Source: Octopus sinensis
Taxonomy: Eukaryota
Reading direction: 5' to 3'
Length of the DNA: 64,000 nucleotides
NCBI RefSeq assembly: GCF_006345805.1
Contig: NC_043014.1
Coordinates: forward strand, 3,720,001 to 3,784,000
Shown piece by piece: positions 42,360 through 57,970 of the stretch. The notes below the pieces were generated by a model that ran no database searches, was not told where the DNA came from, and worked only from the letters and a program-made list of their open reading frames with translations. Both the position numbers and the translations under genes were made by a program. How positions within the stretch are numbered: position 1 is the stretch's first letter; every line of letters begins with the position of its first letter.

Positions 42360-44346
42360 GTTTGGAGCTCGGCGCAAATAAGGCCATCATAACTACAATA
42401 TGAAAATAACAACCATACCGCATTATTTGTCGATAAATGTATAGCACCCCCACCAATACGCGTTGCAAAGACGAGCAGAAGCCTGCAAATTAATCTGGGG
42501 TGCGGGGTTAGAGCACAAATTGACGGTCTCAGGACAACAAAGCAGATCAAGAAGGGAACAACCCTTAATAATTGAGAATTAAAAAGTCAAAATTGTTAGA
42601 TATAATCTGCCTGTAAGATATGATCGGAGTCTCCTCTACAAAATTTCGTTTCTCCGATAGCGTACTCTTGGATATAGGCTTGAAACTCCACTACGCAACT
42701 GTGGTGCCAACAATGTCTGCACAGGTGGGATTAGGATACTCTCAATCCCCAGCATTCGGATTGTTTTATGGAATGAAACTTACTAGGTGTGAGGGTTCAC
42801 CTCTTGAAAATAAGTCTGAATATGGAGGGCCACTTTGGCTGCTATAAGTATATGCAGCAAACAGCGAGCTCAAAAACGAATCCTTTCTTAGCAAATTCAC
42901 ACTCAGAATTAGATATATTTGGGGTAAAGTCATTTGTCCTGCAAGGAGACTTCAGTGCACACCTTGACACTGATAACCGTGAGAAGGATTGATTGGAAGG
43001 AATGTCGTCAGTGAACTTAATGGAGAGGTCATAGCAGCCTTCAGTGCAGGATACACACTCTCCTCTCTCTGGTATAGATATTATTTGAAGACAGGGATAT
43101 TTATAAGGGTACCTTATATAGAAATACTTGGTGACAGAGGTTTGTGATAGATTTCGGTCATCTTTCACTCTTTGCTGAACGTTCGGGTAAAAGGAAGTGG
43201 CGGAGTTGTCAACTCGTCACAACCTAAATGTCTGAAAACCTGAACATTCCTACGGTCTTCCGAACACTGGAAATTGGTAAGTCCAGTGCAACCTACAGAA
43301 TACAGTTGGAAGCCGCTGTGGATGCTGGGATCAGATATAAAATTGTGGAGACTTTTGCATCCAAATTGAGAGTGACCCGCCTGAATGAAGTTGGACATCG
43401 AAATGGATTCCTGATTGTATTATTTTTATTCGGCAGGTTCTTCTTCGGTTGAACGCTTTTTTGAGCTAAATTCACTTAAAAGTGATAAAGCTGCTGGTGA
43501 AAGCACGTCCGGCTTGATATTTTAGAAACCTTAAATACAGATGGTATTCTCTGAGTGACCCATGTATGCTAGGTGGATGGGACCTCTGGAAAAAACACCA
43601 AGGCAACGGTAATATGGGGAGACAATCACAATTTTTTCAAACAGAGACCAAAGATTGTGTTCTAATTATAGAAAAGTCTACACTAGATGTCAGGAAGAGA
43701 TATGTAGGGAAATTGTCGTGCCCAAGATTACTGTCCGGGACGCAGTACACCCGACCAGAGAGTCGTTCAAAGACAGATCTTCCAGCAAACGTTGAAGCAT
43801 TTCTAAGGTTTATACGCTGTAAACCACGGAAAGTCACGCAATCACGTGCCCTTGGGCAGGTTGTGGAATGTTTACCATGAAGGTGTGTTTAATGGGCAAA
43901 TACTGGTTGCCCTAAAGCACTTATATGGATGTTCAAATGATTGTATTTATGTAAAAGTCGAAAGTTTTTCAACGTGAAGGTTTCACTGAGTAAAAGTGTG
44001 CTTGTTAGTGCACCTTCTCACATTTTTTTGTGATCTGGTTGAATATGCGCAGCCATTGTGGTAGAGGTATCCCAATTCATCTCTACGTGATCGGTCGACT
44101 GTTATTTGTAGACGACATGCTGCTACATGATTCGTCTGATGGTAACCAACAACATGCGCTGAATGAGTTGGCTGCCGAGTACCCCAAGGCAGGATTGACA
44201 AATACGCACTGTGTCGGAAAGTGGAACATCATTATTTCGGGTCTCTATTCACGAATGATTGGAAGCACAGGAGTGGACAGAATGCTGAATTGTAGATATA
44301 AACGCAGTTAAGCGCCAGCTCGGGCATTTGATTCTCAGATGAAGAG
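42360..44346 (+). mobile_element. Decayed RTE LINE type B, uninverted (unit 3)
   Basis: SFVLQGDFSAHLDTD and LLFVDDMLL remnants. Confidence 0.8.
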
Positions 44347-44607
44347 GAATTGGTACAATTATCGACGTATCGTTGCGTATATACTCATATACACACAATA
44401 AATGGCATAGTGTATTGAAGTAACATTTTATATAGGAAATTATGGTAAAGTAGAACATATTTTGAAATAAATTCAGGCAAGTGTCTTAGTATATGCTATG
44501 GTGGACATATGGATAGTATTGTGGAAGTAATTCAAAGTTGGTGAAATAATAAATCATTAGTTAATGAGTCACGGGTAAAAGACTTTAGCCATAAAAATAG
44601 TTCTTAC

Positions 44608-44659
44608 TTGGCGTGTCATCAGGTTTATCGTCGAGAGATTTCTTGGAGATGAAACGGTT
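44608..44659 (-). CDS. Exon 2, gene copy 3
   Basis: Intact 52 nt with cag acceptor and gtaaga donor. Confidence 0.75.
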
Positions 44660-44755
44660 CTGTGAAAAAATAGAAATAGCATCATATGAATAGAACTTCA
44701 GGGTATTTATTATCGTTTAGATCTTAAAACAATGCAATAGATGACAACATATTCG

Positions 44756-45030
44756 GACAGGTATCATTGACAACACTACCATCTCAACCCCTTAGAAATC
44801 TTCTAGAAGGCGCTTCCATCAAGTCAAAGGATTTTCTGAACAATATCAGACAATACAACTCTGCATTTCAAATGACATCGTTTGGTGAATCTAAGAAGAT
44901 AGATAAACATGAATTTACCCCGACGTCAAAGTTCAAGGGCAAGTATATCCCCCCAATGTTTCTCTGGTACCCGCGAATGAACAACCACAGTTCCTCCAAA
45001 TTTACTCTATGAGTGATGTAGGACAACAAA
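44756..45030 (+). mobile_element. Helitron remnant (unit 3)
   Basis: FLNNIRQYNSAFQMTSFG. Confidence 0.75.
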
Positions 45031-46394
45031 CCCGACGTGAGGTGTCAAAATTTCCGATGATGGGTCGTGTTAGACACAGCGCACACTGCTGCAAAGGAGA
45101 GTATATCCACTGACAGCTTTTCGGTGCATTCTAAAATCACAGAAACCCCAGTTTATATAGTTAAATTTAATCGAAACAAAAAAGCACAAAGAAACACATC
45201 AACGCGTGGACGTGAAACAAACATAGTAATATTGGACGCCCAGGAAAGAAAGAAAGAAGGAGGGTTTAACTTTTCAGGTGGAGCTCTTCGTCGGAAAGAT
45301 GGAAAGATCCAGAGGAGGGAAGACAGAGGAAAAAAATCGCCAACGGTACACACGCGCACACATTTTGAATGACCGGAAGGAAATGGGTGAAGAAAAGTTC
45401 TTTCAAAGATAGGAGATTGGTGGAGGAAGAAGTATGTGTGTGTAAGTGTGGATAAGAGCGTGTGCGGAGGTCTGTGTGTGCGTGTGTGTGTCTGTGTGTA
45501 TGTGTGCAATAATGACACGTGTGTGTGTATGTGTGTGTGTATGTGTGTGTGGTTGTGGCTGTTAATCTTTGCGTGTTGTAGGGTTAGTAGTGTTAAGGTC
45601 AAGGAAGAAGGAATTGGGCGTGGCTCATTTTGTCTCTACCCTAGGTCAAGTAGTAGGTACTGCTAGTTTGAAGTATGTGTGTGTGTGCGTGTATGTATAT
45701 GTATCGTGTGTGTGTATTGTTTGTAATGTGTGTGTGTGCATGTGTGTGTGTTCGTGTGTGTAGGCGTAGAGTTAGGGTGTTTGGCGAATAACTGTGCGTC
45801 TGTGTGTAAACATGTATTTATAATTGTGCGCGTGTATGTATTATTGTGTACCGTGTGTATGGGACGTATGTGTGGGTTCATTTGTGTGTGTGTGTATGTA
45901 TGTGCGTGCGTCTCGTATGTGCGTGTGTGCATGTACGTGTACGTTTGTATGTGTGTGTGTAAGCGTATATGGGTGTATATGCGTGTATCCGTGGGGTTGT
46001 GAGTTTTCTGGGTGTGCATTAATGTGCGTGTGTACGTGCGTATGTGTGCGCATGTTTTTGCGTGCGTGTGTGTGTGGGTCTCTGTCTATATGTGTATACG
46101 GATGTGTATGTGTGTGCGTGTAGGCATATATTGTGTGTATGTATATGTATCGGTGTGTATGTGAATTTGTGCATGCGTGTGTGTTTGGGTTTTTCTGGAG
46201 TTGTGTGGGAGTAATGTGCGTGCGTGTGTGCGCTTAAGTACGTGTATGTGCGTGTGTGTCTGTGCCCATGTGTGTATAAGTGTGTGCGTATCTGTATGAG
46301 TATTGTTCGTTAAAGGTATATGTGGACATCTGTGCTGGTGTGTGTGTATGTACGTGTGTATGTATGTGTGTGTGTATTGTGTGCTTATGATGCA

Positions 46395-46682
46395 TATATC
46401 TCCGTGATCACCGTCACAGAGCAGTTGTTGCTACATATCGCTAGTCACAATGCGCTTCGCGTTGTTTTAGCCTTCAAATGACGCCACCCCGCTGGCTAGG
46501 CGAGCAGGCCAACAGAAGAAAGGGAGAAAGTTGTAGCGAAAGAGTACAGCAGAGATCAACACAACCCACTCCCTGAGCCTCGTGGAGCATTAAACACTCA
46601 CTACGCCCAGTCTGGGAATCGAAACCGCGATCCGACAACCATGAGTCCGCTGCCCGACCCACTGGGCCACTGCGCCTCCACC
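46395..46682 (-). mobile_element. OK-like SINE
   Basis: Homologous to 14297-14582. Confidence 0.85.
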
Positions 46683-47443
46683 CACAGACACACACACACA
46701 CACATCACACATATATAAATACATATCGATATATACGTATGCACGTATACTTAGGCATACACACCATAAATATCACAAATATACGTATCTACTTATACGC
46801 ATACACACACACAAACGCACACATATATGTGAGTGGACATACACTGTATAGTGTGGTTCTTCGTGTACAATTGAGCACGTGTATCTGTGTGCGTGCGTCG
46901 TGTGTGTGTGTCTGTGTTTATTTGTGCGTGTGTTTGTCCGTGTGTCTGTGTGTATGTATTTACATTCGTTCTTACATATTGTCATATATAAAAACCAACG
47001 TGAATTACAGTCAAACATTACGAAATTCACCGGTCTACATTGGCACTCGCACGTTTTATTTTCAGTTGGAAAGAAAAGATTCAAAAAAACTCGCCTCACT
47101 TCCGTTCCTGATGGAGAGAAATAGATAAATGTGTGTAAATATGTACGTATTCCTATGTGTGCGTGTGTGTGTGTTTGTATGTGTCTGTTTCTGTGCGTGT
47201 GCGCAAGTGTACATCTAGATATAATACTTAACACTAATATTAATAGGGCTAAACGTTGCAGCGAGAGGGCATGGCCATGCTAGAACCCCACCATTAGATT
47301 TTTTTCATTACGCACTTATTTCCCCCTCCAGGATTATGTCTGGTGAAAGAGCGATCGGACAGGAGTACAATTCCACTCTTCTTTGTGTTTCCTTGGGGTG
47401 TGTGTATATGTATGTATATATAGATATAGATATATATATATCC

Positions 47444-47550
<107 letters not shown>

Positions 47551-47624
47551 TGTAGATAAATAGATTGATAGATAGACATGTATGTACATACATACGTAAC
47601 TATATATGTGCGTATGTATATATG

Positions 47625-47667
<43 letters not shown>

Positions 47668-47948
47668 TGTACGTGTGTGTGTGTGTGTGTATATCACACA
47701 TAGTGTGTATGTATCTATGTTTTATATATGTGTCTGTTATTGTCGCACCACTATCGATTCTCAACTGATGTCGGTGTGTTTACGTCCCCGTTACATAGCG
47801 GTTCGGCTAGAGATAACGATAGAATGAGCAATAGGCTTACAAAGAATAATTCATGAAGTCGATTTGTCCTACTAAACGCAGTGCTCTAGCATGGCCGCAG
47901 TCAAATGACTGAAACGGGTAGAAGAATATATTTATATACAAACAAACA

Positions 47949-48009
<61 letters not shown>

Positions 48010-48464
48010 ACAGATACACACACACACACATACATATATATAGATAAATAGAGACAGAGAGAGAGAGATAGACAGGGAGATACAATGATAGATACACACA
48101 CGCATATATTTGTTTGTATACATATATATATGTTCACGGACTAATATATTCATATATATGTATATTTATATATACATATATATGTATATTATGTATACAA
48201 ATATACGTATATGTATATATATGTATGTTTAGATGTGTGCGCCTGTGTGTTCGTGTGTGATTACGTGTGTGTTCGTATGTGTGTGTGTGCTCCATAGGAA
48301 CATATGTAAGTGATTCATGCATACATCCTTACATCCATCCATCCATCGGTACGTACATACATCCACATATTAATACATACATACGTAAATGCATACATAC
48401 ATACATACATGCATATATAAATACATAAAGACATACATATATTAACAAAAAATCCATGACTTAC

Positions 48465-48608
48465 CGTTTGCGATTTCTCTTCCATTTTTCCTATTCTTGA
48501 ATCTTGATGAAGAATCACGATCGTCAGAACGAGAAGAACCCCAAAAGCTATGAGAGAAGAAATGGAATAACGCTGCGAAATATTCCTGGACAATTGTGCG
48601 AAATCCAT
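48465..48608 (-). CDS. Exon 1, gene copy 3 (intact)
   Basis: 144 nt, same peptide as 2748-2891, GTAAGT donor. Confidence 0.7.
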
Positions 48609-49039
48609 TCTGGTGACAGTTGTCGGTCGTACGTGATACTTCGTGTGGCTTCAACAAAAGATCGAGATGCGAGGTTTAAGCTGAAGACCTGTAACTGAAT
48701 TCCACGTATTTATTGAGCGCACAACAACACAGCTCTGGCATAGATCTTATCGTAAATTTATGAACCAATGCGATTGGTGGAACTGTAAAAGTGGGCGTGA
48801 ACTTATCTGACAGGTTTAATTATTGGAAAGAGATGGTTTGATATTGTCACACAATAATTAGCAAAATATTTTGATGAATGAGAGACACGTGTAAAGTGAA
48901 ATGATTCCTGTTTCTGGATATATTATGATATATTTATTTACTAATGTTGTTATTTAATTTTATTTGTTATTATTGGGAAACTGTTTTAATATTCAGTGTG
49001 GGAAGTATTTCGTTCAACCAACAAATAGACAGACACAAA

Positions 49040-49080
<41 letters not shown>

Positions 49081-51188
49081 ACACACACACTGACACACAA
49101 TGACACACACACACAGACACACATACACACGCACACACTGACATACATACACACACACAAATACACACACACTGACTTACACACACACACACTGACACAC
49201 ACACACATACTGACATACACTGACACACACACTGACACACACACACACACTGACATAAACACAAACAAACGCACACAGTGAAACACACACTGACACACAC
49301 ACACATACTGACACACACACACACACACACACACACACTGACGCACACACACACACACAAACTGACATAAACACACACAAAAGCACACAGTGACACACAC
49401 ACTGACACACACTGGCACACACACAGTGATACACACAAAATGACACACACACACACACACACACTGACACACTGACACACTGACACACACAAACACTCAC
49501 ACACACACACACACACAGAAGGAAAGATGCGGGCCCGTACGAGCGACCGCAGTTACTGTTGGGGCACAAGGTTGAAGTCAACTCCTCTAGCGAAGAATTT
49601 ATGAAAGAGAAATACCGAAGGGAGGTAACTCACGACAGACTCCAGCCTGGCGCTCTAATGGCGTCACTTACTCGTTGTTGTTGACTATGTTTTAGTTAAA
49701 GCTATGGATTTAAGTTTGTCCAGAAATTCCCCTCTTCGGTATTTTCTTTTGATAACGACTGAACTGGCACCCGATAGGGAGCAGCACTGGACTGATATGC
49801 TTTTTTTGCAGCTTTTTGCACAGAATTTGCGTTTAGAGTTTGAAATATGCCACTAGCACATTTTAACGAACCCAAAAATTGCTTATGCCTAATACTGAGC
49901 GCTAATACTGTTCACTGGAAACGCCATGTTGAATGTTTCCATATATTCATTTGTCAATTTGCATTTCGTGCTTTCATATTACTTAATTATTATTCTTTTT
50001 CTCTAGCTTTTTCACAATCGAGCATTCTTATGGCACGCAATTAATCGGACAAAAAACGTGCTGCCACCCACAATCCCTCTTTCCTCGGATACCTTCGTTT
50101 ATCTGGCAGCCATTCTACAAACTCCCACATACAAGTAGCAATCATGCTGAGTAGACTGTGAAAGACTCAACATGTTGCACTGATTCCACCTAATGTATAT
50201 TTTATAAGTCGTGGTCCTTTCCTTACTAAGTCGTTTATGTGTGTTACAGTTATTGTATGCATGTATCTCGAAGCAAGTTCCTCTTCTGCGAGTTTGATAG
50301 TTTTATGTTACAGACGGAGATAATTTGTTGAACTCGATGTTTTGTGGTGTTGCTGTAGATTCGGTTGATGCTGTTCCTGAAGTGTACTCATATTTCTTGG
50401 TGGATTCATATTTTATTTTGGCACATCAGTTTTCAGGGAACGATGAGAGGCTGCGTGTGTAATGTGACGCAAGGCTGTGTGTGTGTGTGACTTTTGTAGA
50501 AAAGCGGGAATATGTGAATGTAGGTTGAAAATAGTTAATCGTGGGACGTGTACTTGTACCCTTGACGAAAGTGTTTCGTGAAAACTTCAATGTATTAATA
50601 ACCTGACAAGTAGTTAGGTAGTCAACATTTTGTGGTATTTCTTCAGTGGATATCAAATATCCTTTATTTGGTAATATCCGCGATTGGATTGCAGAGCTTT
50701 CATCGCATCGATTGTAGTTACAATGATACGTATGGGAGTATTTTTTTTATTAAACCATCATGATTTAGTGATGTTAGTCATAAGCTTTTATCGTGTTTTC
50801 TGAAGATTGATCATGAAAGGGTGATATATTTGTACGGAGGTGTTTCATTTGGGGATTGTTTTCATTTTAAGACGGACTACATTTAAACGAATCATAATTT
50901 TATTTCAACTTTTAAATTTGATAAACTGAACCTCATGCAATGTATTCTAGAATCATTCCCTGAGGATTACATCGTTCTGTTAAGCTATTTGTCACATTCT
51001 ATGACGTCTCTGTTGTTTCGTTTTGAATATTTTCTGAAAACTTGTAGCCGCAGTTTTTTTAACGACATATATTACTTGGATAAAATACTGCGAAACACAA
51101 TTACAAGAAACGTATATGTTGCTTTATTATATTATATTTTATGATTCGCCGACATAAATTTTCATATAAACACGAATGTAAGTTCGAT

Positions 51189-51688
51189 TCAGTATTTACT
51201 GCACACAACGCAGGTTAATTCTCGACCATTGACATACGGTGGACATGGCAATGAACCACAAGCAGCCTGAACGAAATACAGTAGAGCTCCATTTTCGTCT
51301 CTGTAACCTGCTGGATCAGCTTCTGGTGCATAGTCCACACACACATATTCATGTCTGCCCTGATGACTATGACGCTCGCTCATCAAATATCCCGAATACT
51401 CAGCTGTCCAACCAGTGTAACACTCATTCCTGGCTGGTAACATCATAACAACAGCAGGTTTTCGTGTCAAACAGATAGCACACGGAACGTTGTGATCATG
51501 AATTGATTCGGCGTTAGCAAAAGAAAAGAGTTTATTAGTTGGGTATAAATCTAACTGATATTCACTGCCATAAATCCAACCACCAACTTCACCTACTGCA
51601 GTATAATTGGCCCAAATGGGATCGTTGGGTAGACACAAGAGATTACTTCCGCCACCAAAGTGGGCAAAGAATTGCCCACCAACCACAC
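51189..51688 (-). CDS. Exon 4, short-chain collagen C4-like domain, gene copy 4
   Basis: Open 500-nt exon, all framework Cys retained; its 3' flank is more diverged than in copies 1-3. Confidence 0.9.
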
Positions 51689-51909
51689 CTAGAATTGGTA
51701 AGAATAAATCATATAAAAAAGATATTAAGCAAAGTTATATATGAAATAACGGAAACATTCATTACAATTTGACCCTTAAAATGAGTCGTGTTTAGTCACG
51801 TGTGAACGAATTGTGGTGTATATATATTAGTGTTTATCTTAGTGTAAGCTGTGTGTGGCTAAATGCTTCAGATCGTAGCTGTACATTAACCATCTCATCA
51901 TATGTATAC

Positions 51910-52085
<176 letters not shown>

Positions 52086-53470
52086 ATATATATATTTAAA
52101 TATATATGTTGTGTGTATACGGGCAAGTATTTGTGGATACGTCTCGGATTATTTTGTACGTTTGCATGGGGTAGGTGTTTTTCGGTGGATGTCAATAGAT
52201 GGAGAAAAAGAAAGATATTTTATAACGCATGCACTCGTGTTTATCGAAAATTGAAACGATATTAGCGTGTGAACGGGGATATTTTGGGCTGTGGATATTG
52301 TAGGAGGTTTGAGTAGGACAATACGGGAGACGACGAGATGCAGAGACGTGGTGGGTAACCGTCGATGAAATATTGTTTAGTCGATCATACGAGAGTCAGT
52401 GGGTAAACCTCTCGTTTAGACTCGGACGAATAAGGCTTACAAAGACGTTATGATCACAGACTTTTTCTTCATGCAATACACAGAAACGAGGTGGGAGGAA
52501 AAATTGTGAGGTTCAGGGATGGCGTTGTGCTTAAGATGAATGGACGGTGACGTGGGCGACCGATAAACGATACGTGTAGTGTTTATAGAGAGAAGATTCG
52601 GAGCACTTTTAGGGATTGTGAGGTTGATTGGGGACGCAGTTTGTAGCAGCACTTTTGAATTGGAAGTTTCGGAATTACCTTACAAAGATATACTGGATAA
52701 TTAATGAGGTGATGTGGTGCATGAAAAGAGCAAGGTTTTAGCGATAGGACGATTTCGGTGAGGCAGAGAAGAATAGAAGTGCATTCTGTACTCTGTTGTG
52801 TTCTCTCACTAAAATTTAGTCTCTCTCTATTTTGCTTAATGAATAAAGTCCTTAGCTTTTTCCATTAGTGACTGTATGTGGCTTGTCCAGCCCTCATTCT
52901 ACATTCTGCTTTCATTCCATTAACCATTTACAGTCACTGTCATCAATTCTAAGAGACTCTTTTCAATTTAGTCCACACCTACGATCATTGGGCACTCTAG
53001 TTATAGATAGTCAAGTGGCCACTTTTCAGCTCTGGTCACTCACGTACAATACCACCATCCGTAGCCTGTACACTTGATCACCAGTTAGCAGCCTCGGTAT
53101 TTGATATCTACAATCCAAAGCTGGTCAGCCTGAAATTCTTGATCGCCATGGTGGTTTTCAGTCCAGCCCCTGTCTGTAATTTAGCGTAGAGATATCTATA
53201 TTCTGTGGTTAGACAACAACCTTTTCACTTGGTCCGTAGTAGACAACATTTAAAATTCTGATTTGAACAATTACCTACAAAGTAGTGAGCAGATTCATGC
53301 AGTCACTATAGGGTCTATATGTATCGTTGCAAACGTGATATATCAAATGATTTGCTTGAGTGTGTGTGCGTGAGAGAGAGGAACGACAGAAAGAGAAAAT
53401 GAAGGAATAAAAAGAGAAGAAAAGAAAGATAAAGAGAGAAAGAGAGAACAGAAGTGTAGTTTATACTAAC

Positions 53471-53545
53471 CGTCATATACAAGGCTTGAATTAGTATGAC
53501 AAGTAGTTCTGCCCCACCGGGTATACAATGATCCGAGACCGGGTT
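53471..53545 (-). CDS. Exon 3, gene copy 4
   Basis: 75 nt PGLGSLYTRWGRTTCHTNSSLVYD. Confidence 0.85.
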
Positions 53546-53989
53546 CTGTGAAATTAAAATGAAATAATGTAGTTTAAACGAAAGAATTCTTGAATCCTAT
53601 ACAAAGGAAGTTGTTGGCTTGGAAGGAATTGATAGAGAGGAGAGAAATTTAGAATTTAAGAGTGAAAGAATGAGTAAATGAATGAAAATCAGAATGAAAG
53701 AAGTAAATGATTCGCTAAGAATAAATTTTAAACGAAGAAAATAAGTCATTTGTCTATTGAGCCTGTTGTTGACGTTGATGTCAACGATTTGAGAGATTAA
53801 TCTCAGAATATCAGAATGTGTATTTGGCTCCCTTATGAACGGATGTTTGCTTTGTAGTTGAACTTGGATGTGAGTATATATATATATTTGTGACCATAAT
53901 AATGATAAAGTTCTTGTTTTATAGATATGTAGGCCATATTATCAATTCTTGCAACCTGATTGGTCAATTACAAATATCAGGTTGGTGCT

Positions 53990-55890
53990 TGGCGCGAATC
54001 AGGCCATCATAGCTCAATATGCAATGGGCTCGAAGGAATAGCCATAACGCGTCATTCATCGAGAGGGATAACAGCATTTGCGTCCGGATCTTGGATGAAG
54101 GAGTCCATTTGGGAAATATTTTGCAGTCTCCACCCAACTCAATGTGGGATGCATGGGAAGGGAAAACAAAATATGTGTGTTCCATGTCCCCGAAGCCGGT
54201 CTAGAAGGGATCATCCGTTCATAATTGAGAATTAGACTGTCAAAACCGGACGAGATAAAACGCTGCCTGTTATATATAATCAGTCTCCTCAAGAAAGCTT
54301 CATTGCTTCGGAGGCGCACACTTGGAAGTAGGTTGGAAACTCCACCGTGCAGGTGTGGTGCCAACTATGTCCGCACAGGCGGAAGTGGGATACTCACAAT
54401 CCCTGGCTTTCGGATTGGATTATGAAGTGAATCCCACTAGGTATTAAGGGATACCTCCTGAAGCTCAAGCAGAATGAAGGAGTGGTGTAGCTGCTGGAAG
54501 TAAATGCACCCAATAGCGAGTTCAAATACAAATGCTTCCTTAACAAATTCACTGCAGCTTTAGATATATTTGGGGTAAAGTCATTTGTCTTACAAGGAGA
54601 CTTCCGTGAACATTTTGGCGCTGATAACCACAAGAGTATTGATTGGGTGGAATGGCGTCACACACCTTAATGTGGTGGCCATACTAGTCTTCTGGACTCT
54701 CAATGATATAGATATCGTTTTAAGACATGGTTGTTTATAAAGGTACTTGGAATAGAAATGCTTAGTGACAGAAATTCTTGATAGATGTTGTTGTCGTCTA
54801 AGTCATCCTTGAGTCTGTGATGGACGTTCGGGTAAAAGGAGTGGAGAGAGTTGTCAACTGACCACTACCAAGATGTCTGAAACCGGAAGTTGCCTACAGT
54901 TGGGAGAACCTAGTAACTTGGTAAGTCCAGTGCGACCTTCAGAATAAAGTTGAAAGCAGTAGTGGATGATGGAATAAGAAACAAAATTGTGGATAATATT
55001 GCATCCAAATTGAGAGAGACCCACATGAATAAACTTGGGCATCGAAATCGATTAGTGATTGTATCATTTTTTTCGAACTAATGTCACTGAAAAGTGATAA
55101 AGCTGCTGGAGAGAAATACGTTCGTCTTGATAATTTAAAACCCTTAAATACTCAGGGTATTCCTTGAGTGACCCATGTATGCTAGGTGGAATGGGGCATC
55201 AGGGAAAACACGAGGGCAATGTCAATCCGGGGTAATAATCACAGATTTTTTTAAGACAAAGTCTACACTACATGTCTAGAAAAGATACGTTGGGAAATGG
55301 TCGCGCCCAAGATTACTGTCCTGGATACAGTACACCCGACCAGATATTCGTTCAAAGGCAGATCTTCGAGAAAACGTTGAAATAATTCCAAGGGGAATAC
55401 GCTGTAGACCACGTGCCGTGGGGCATGTTGCGGATGGTTTACCAGGAAGGTGAGATTATTGGGCAAATACTTTTTACCGTAAAATACTCGTACGGATGTC
55501 CAAATGTTTGTATTTGTGCAAAAGCCGAATGTTTTCAACATGGAGTTTGGACTTCAATAGAAGAACGCATTGTTAGGGCTTCTTCTCGCATTTCTTATGA
55601 TCTGGTTGAGCAAGGCTCAGCCATTTTAGAAGAAGTATCTCATTTCGTCTGTATGGGGTTGGTCGACTGCTATTTGCAGACGACATGCAGCTATCTGACT
55701 CAAGTCATGATCACTTACGACATGTATTGAATAAGTTGGCTGCCGAGTGCTCCAAGGCAGTGATGAACACACACTCTGCAGGAAAGTGGAACATCGTTAC
55801 TTCGGTAATCTATTCACGAGTGATTGGAAGCACAAGACTGAGCAAATTGCTAAATTCTAGATATAAACGCTACGTCGGGCATTCGATTCT
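53990..55890 (+). mobile_element. Decayed RTE LINE type A
   Basis: gtcatttgtcttacaaggagacttc (SFVLQGDF) and ctgctatttgcagacgac (LLFADD). Confidence 0.8.
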
Positions 55891-56253
55891 CAGACGAATA
55901 ATAGTTGGTACACTTATCGACATAGCGCTGCACACACACACATACACACTCATATACACACAATTAATGTCATAGTATAACAGAGTAAAATTTTATTAAA
56001 GAAATTATTGTAAAGAAAAATGTATTTTAAAAGAAATTTAGACTAGTGTCTTAGTATATATTACTGAAGAAATATGGATAATAATGTAGAGACAATTCAA
56101 CTTTGGTGAAATTATAAATCGTTAAAGAGACACGGGTGAATGACTTTAGCTAAACACTGTAGAACTGGAAGCTGGATACTTTATAATATTTAATCTCATT
56201 CCTGAACATTTCTTCAAAGTTATTGTCTTATACAATATAAAATTAGTTCTTAC

Positions 56254-56305
56254 TTGGGGGGTCATCAGATTTATCGTCGCAAGATTTCTTGGAGATGACA
56301 CGGTT
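56254..56305 (-). CDS. Exon 2a, gene copy 4
   Basis: 52 nt NRVISKKSCDDKSDDPP+A with intact splice sites. Confidence 0.7.
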
Positions 56306-57108
56306 CTGTGGAAAAATAGAGAGTATTTATTATCGTTTAGAACTGAAAAAAATGCAATATATGACAACATTTTCGGACAGCATTTTATGAAGATGTGGGT
56401 GATGTCGACATTGTCCATTCCACCAAATCTATTATATCGTGTTACATCTTGGAGGTTTGCTGGAACTGCATGCCTTTCTGTGAATCTGGTATTTCATTAT
56501 TTCATGCTTGTATATGGCAAAGCATACACATTACATAAACAGCTAATATCCCTGTTCATTGTCAAGAGTAGACTAATTTTGCTATCTAAATCGCTGGTAG
56601 TTTGAAGATTACTAGAAACGTAGACTTGCGCATTCTGCTGACGTACAAGAATGCCCGACGCCAACCTTTCATGTACGGCGTCCTAATCCACTGTAGGACT
56701 TTTTTCTCCTTAGGAGAAACTGTCAAGGCAATATGATGCAATATTTAAAAGTAGTTTGAATTGATGCCAAAGCTCTATTGCCTTGATATTGTTTAGTATA
56801 GTTATCCATCATGATCACTAAAGAGTCAGGCATTTCTAGCACTGGTGAATAATATTCCGGATTGAAGCTCGAATGTCAATATATCATTTGAGGTTCAATG
56901 GAATATCACAAAAGTTTGTAATAAAAATGTTTGGGAACATATATAGTAGGTTATAAATTGACTGCATACGAAAGGGATGAGAATTAGATATTTTGTACAC
57001 GGGTGCTATATAAACTGGTTATTCACTCCTTAAATATAGTGTGTATATGTAGATGTATATATGTAAGTGTATAAAAATTTATATATATATATATATGTGT
57101 GTGTGTTG

Positions 57109-57139
<31 letters not shown>

Positions 57140-57240
57140 TATACATATATATAACATATGTTTGTGTGTATGTGTTTACATATATATATATGTATATATA
57201 TATGTATACATATATACATATATATATATATGTATTTATA

Positions 57241-57807
57241 TTGGGTTGCCTGGAAAGCTCGTGCCGATTTTTAAAGGAAAATAAAGGGCCAATAAATACT
57301 TGCCATTATATTTTTAAACAACCAAATATGAACCATTTTGTAAAACTATGCTTCTCCATCTTTCCTTTAACTTGAAAATACCCTCTTTTCAGAGTTGAGG
57401 TGGTTTCATGGCAAAGAATTCATCGAGGTATCTTTTTACGTCATTCAAGGAATTAAAATTTTTACCATTAAGACTATTCTGCAGAGGCCTGAATAAGTGG
57501 AAATCCGAAGGTGCAATATCTGGTGAATATGGAGGGATGGAGTAACACATACCAGCCGAGCTGCAGCAATTTTTGTCTTGCTCCCAAAGCATCAAGTGCC
57601 GAAAATGAACTTTCTTATCCTGCATTTTAAAGTGTTACAAAATTAACACCGGTTATAGGAACATAAAACTTCTTACACGAAAAGATAGCTTAAACTGCGC
57701 TCTAAATGGAGGTGGAGTTAAATTCTATTTTATGAACTCAACCATGTTCTAAAATAAGTCGAAATTAAAGCTACCATATATCAGCAATAAATTTCTGGAC
57801 AACCGAA
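57241..57807 (-). mobile_element. Internally deleted mariner (mellifera subfamily-like)
   Basis: TA flanks; imperfect TIRs TTGGGTTGCCTGGAAA / TTTCTGGACAACCGAA; MQDKKVHFRHLMLWE N-terminus fused to PPYSPDIAPSDFHLFRPLQNSLNGKNF C-terminus. Confidence 0.9.
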
Positions 57808-57835
57808 TAGATTGACAGGTATTTCTATATCAATC

Positions 57836-57836
57836 A

Positions 57837-57925
<89 letters not shown>

Positions 57926-57970
57926 CCAATCTATCTATCTATCCATATCGCTATCCATCTATCTATCTAT
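57836..57970. repeat. (ATCT)n microsatellite
   Basis: Directly visible. Confidence 0.9.
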
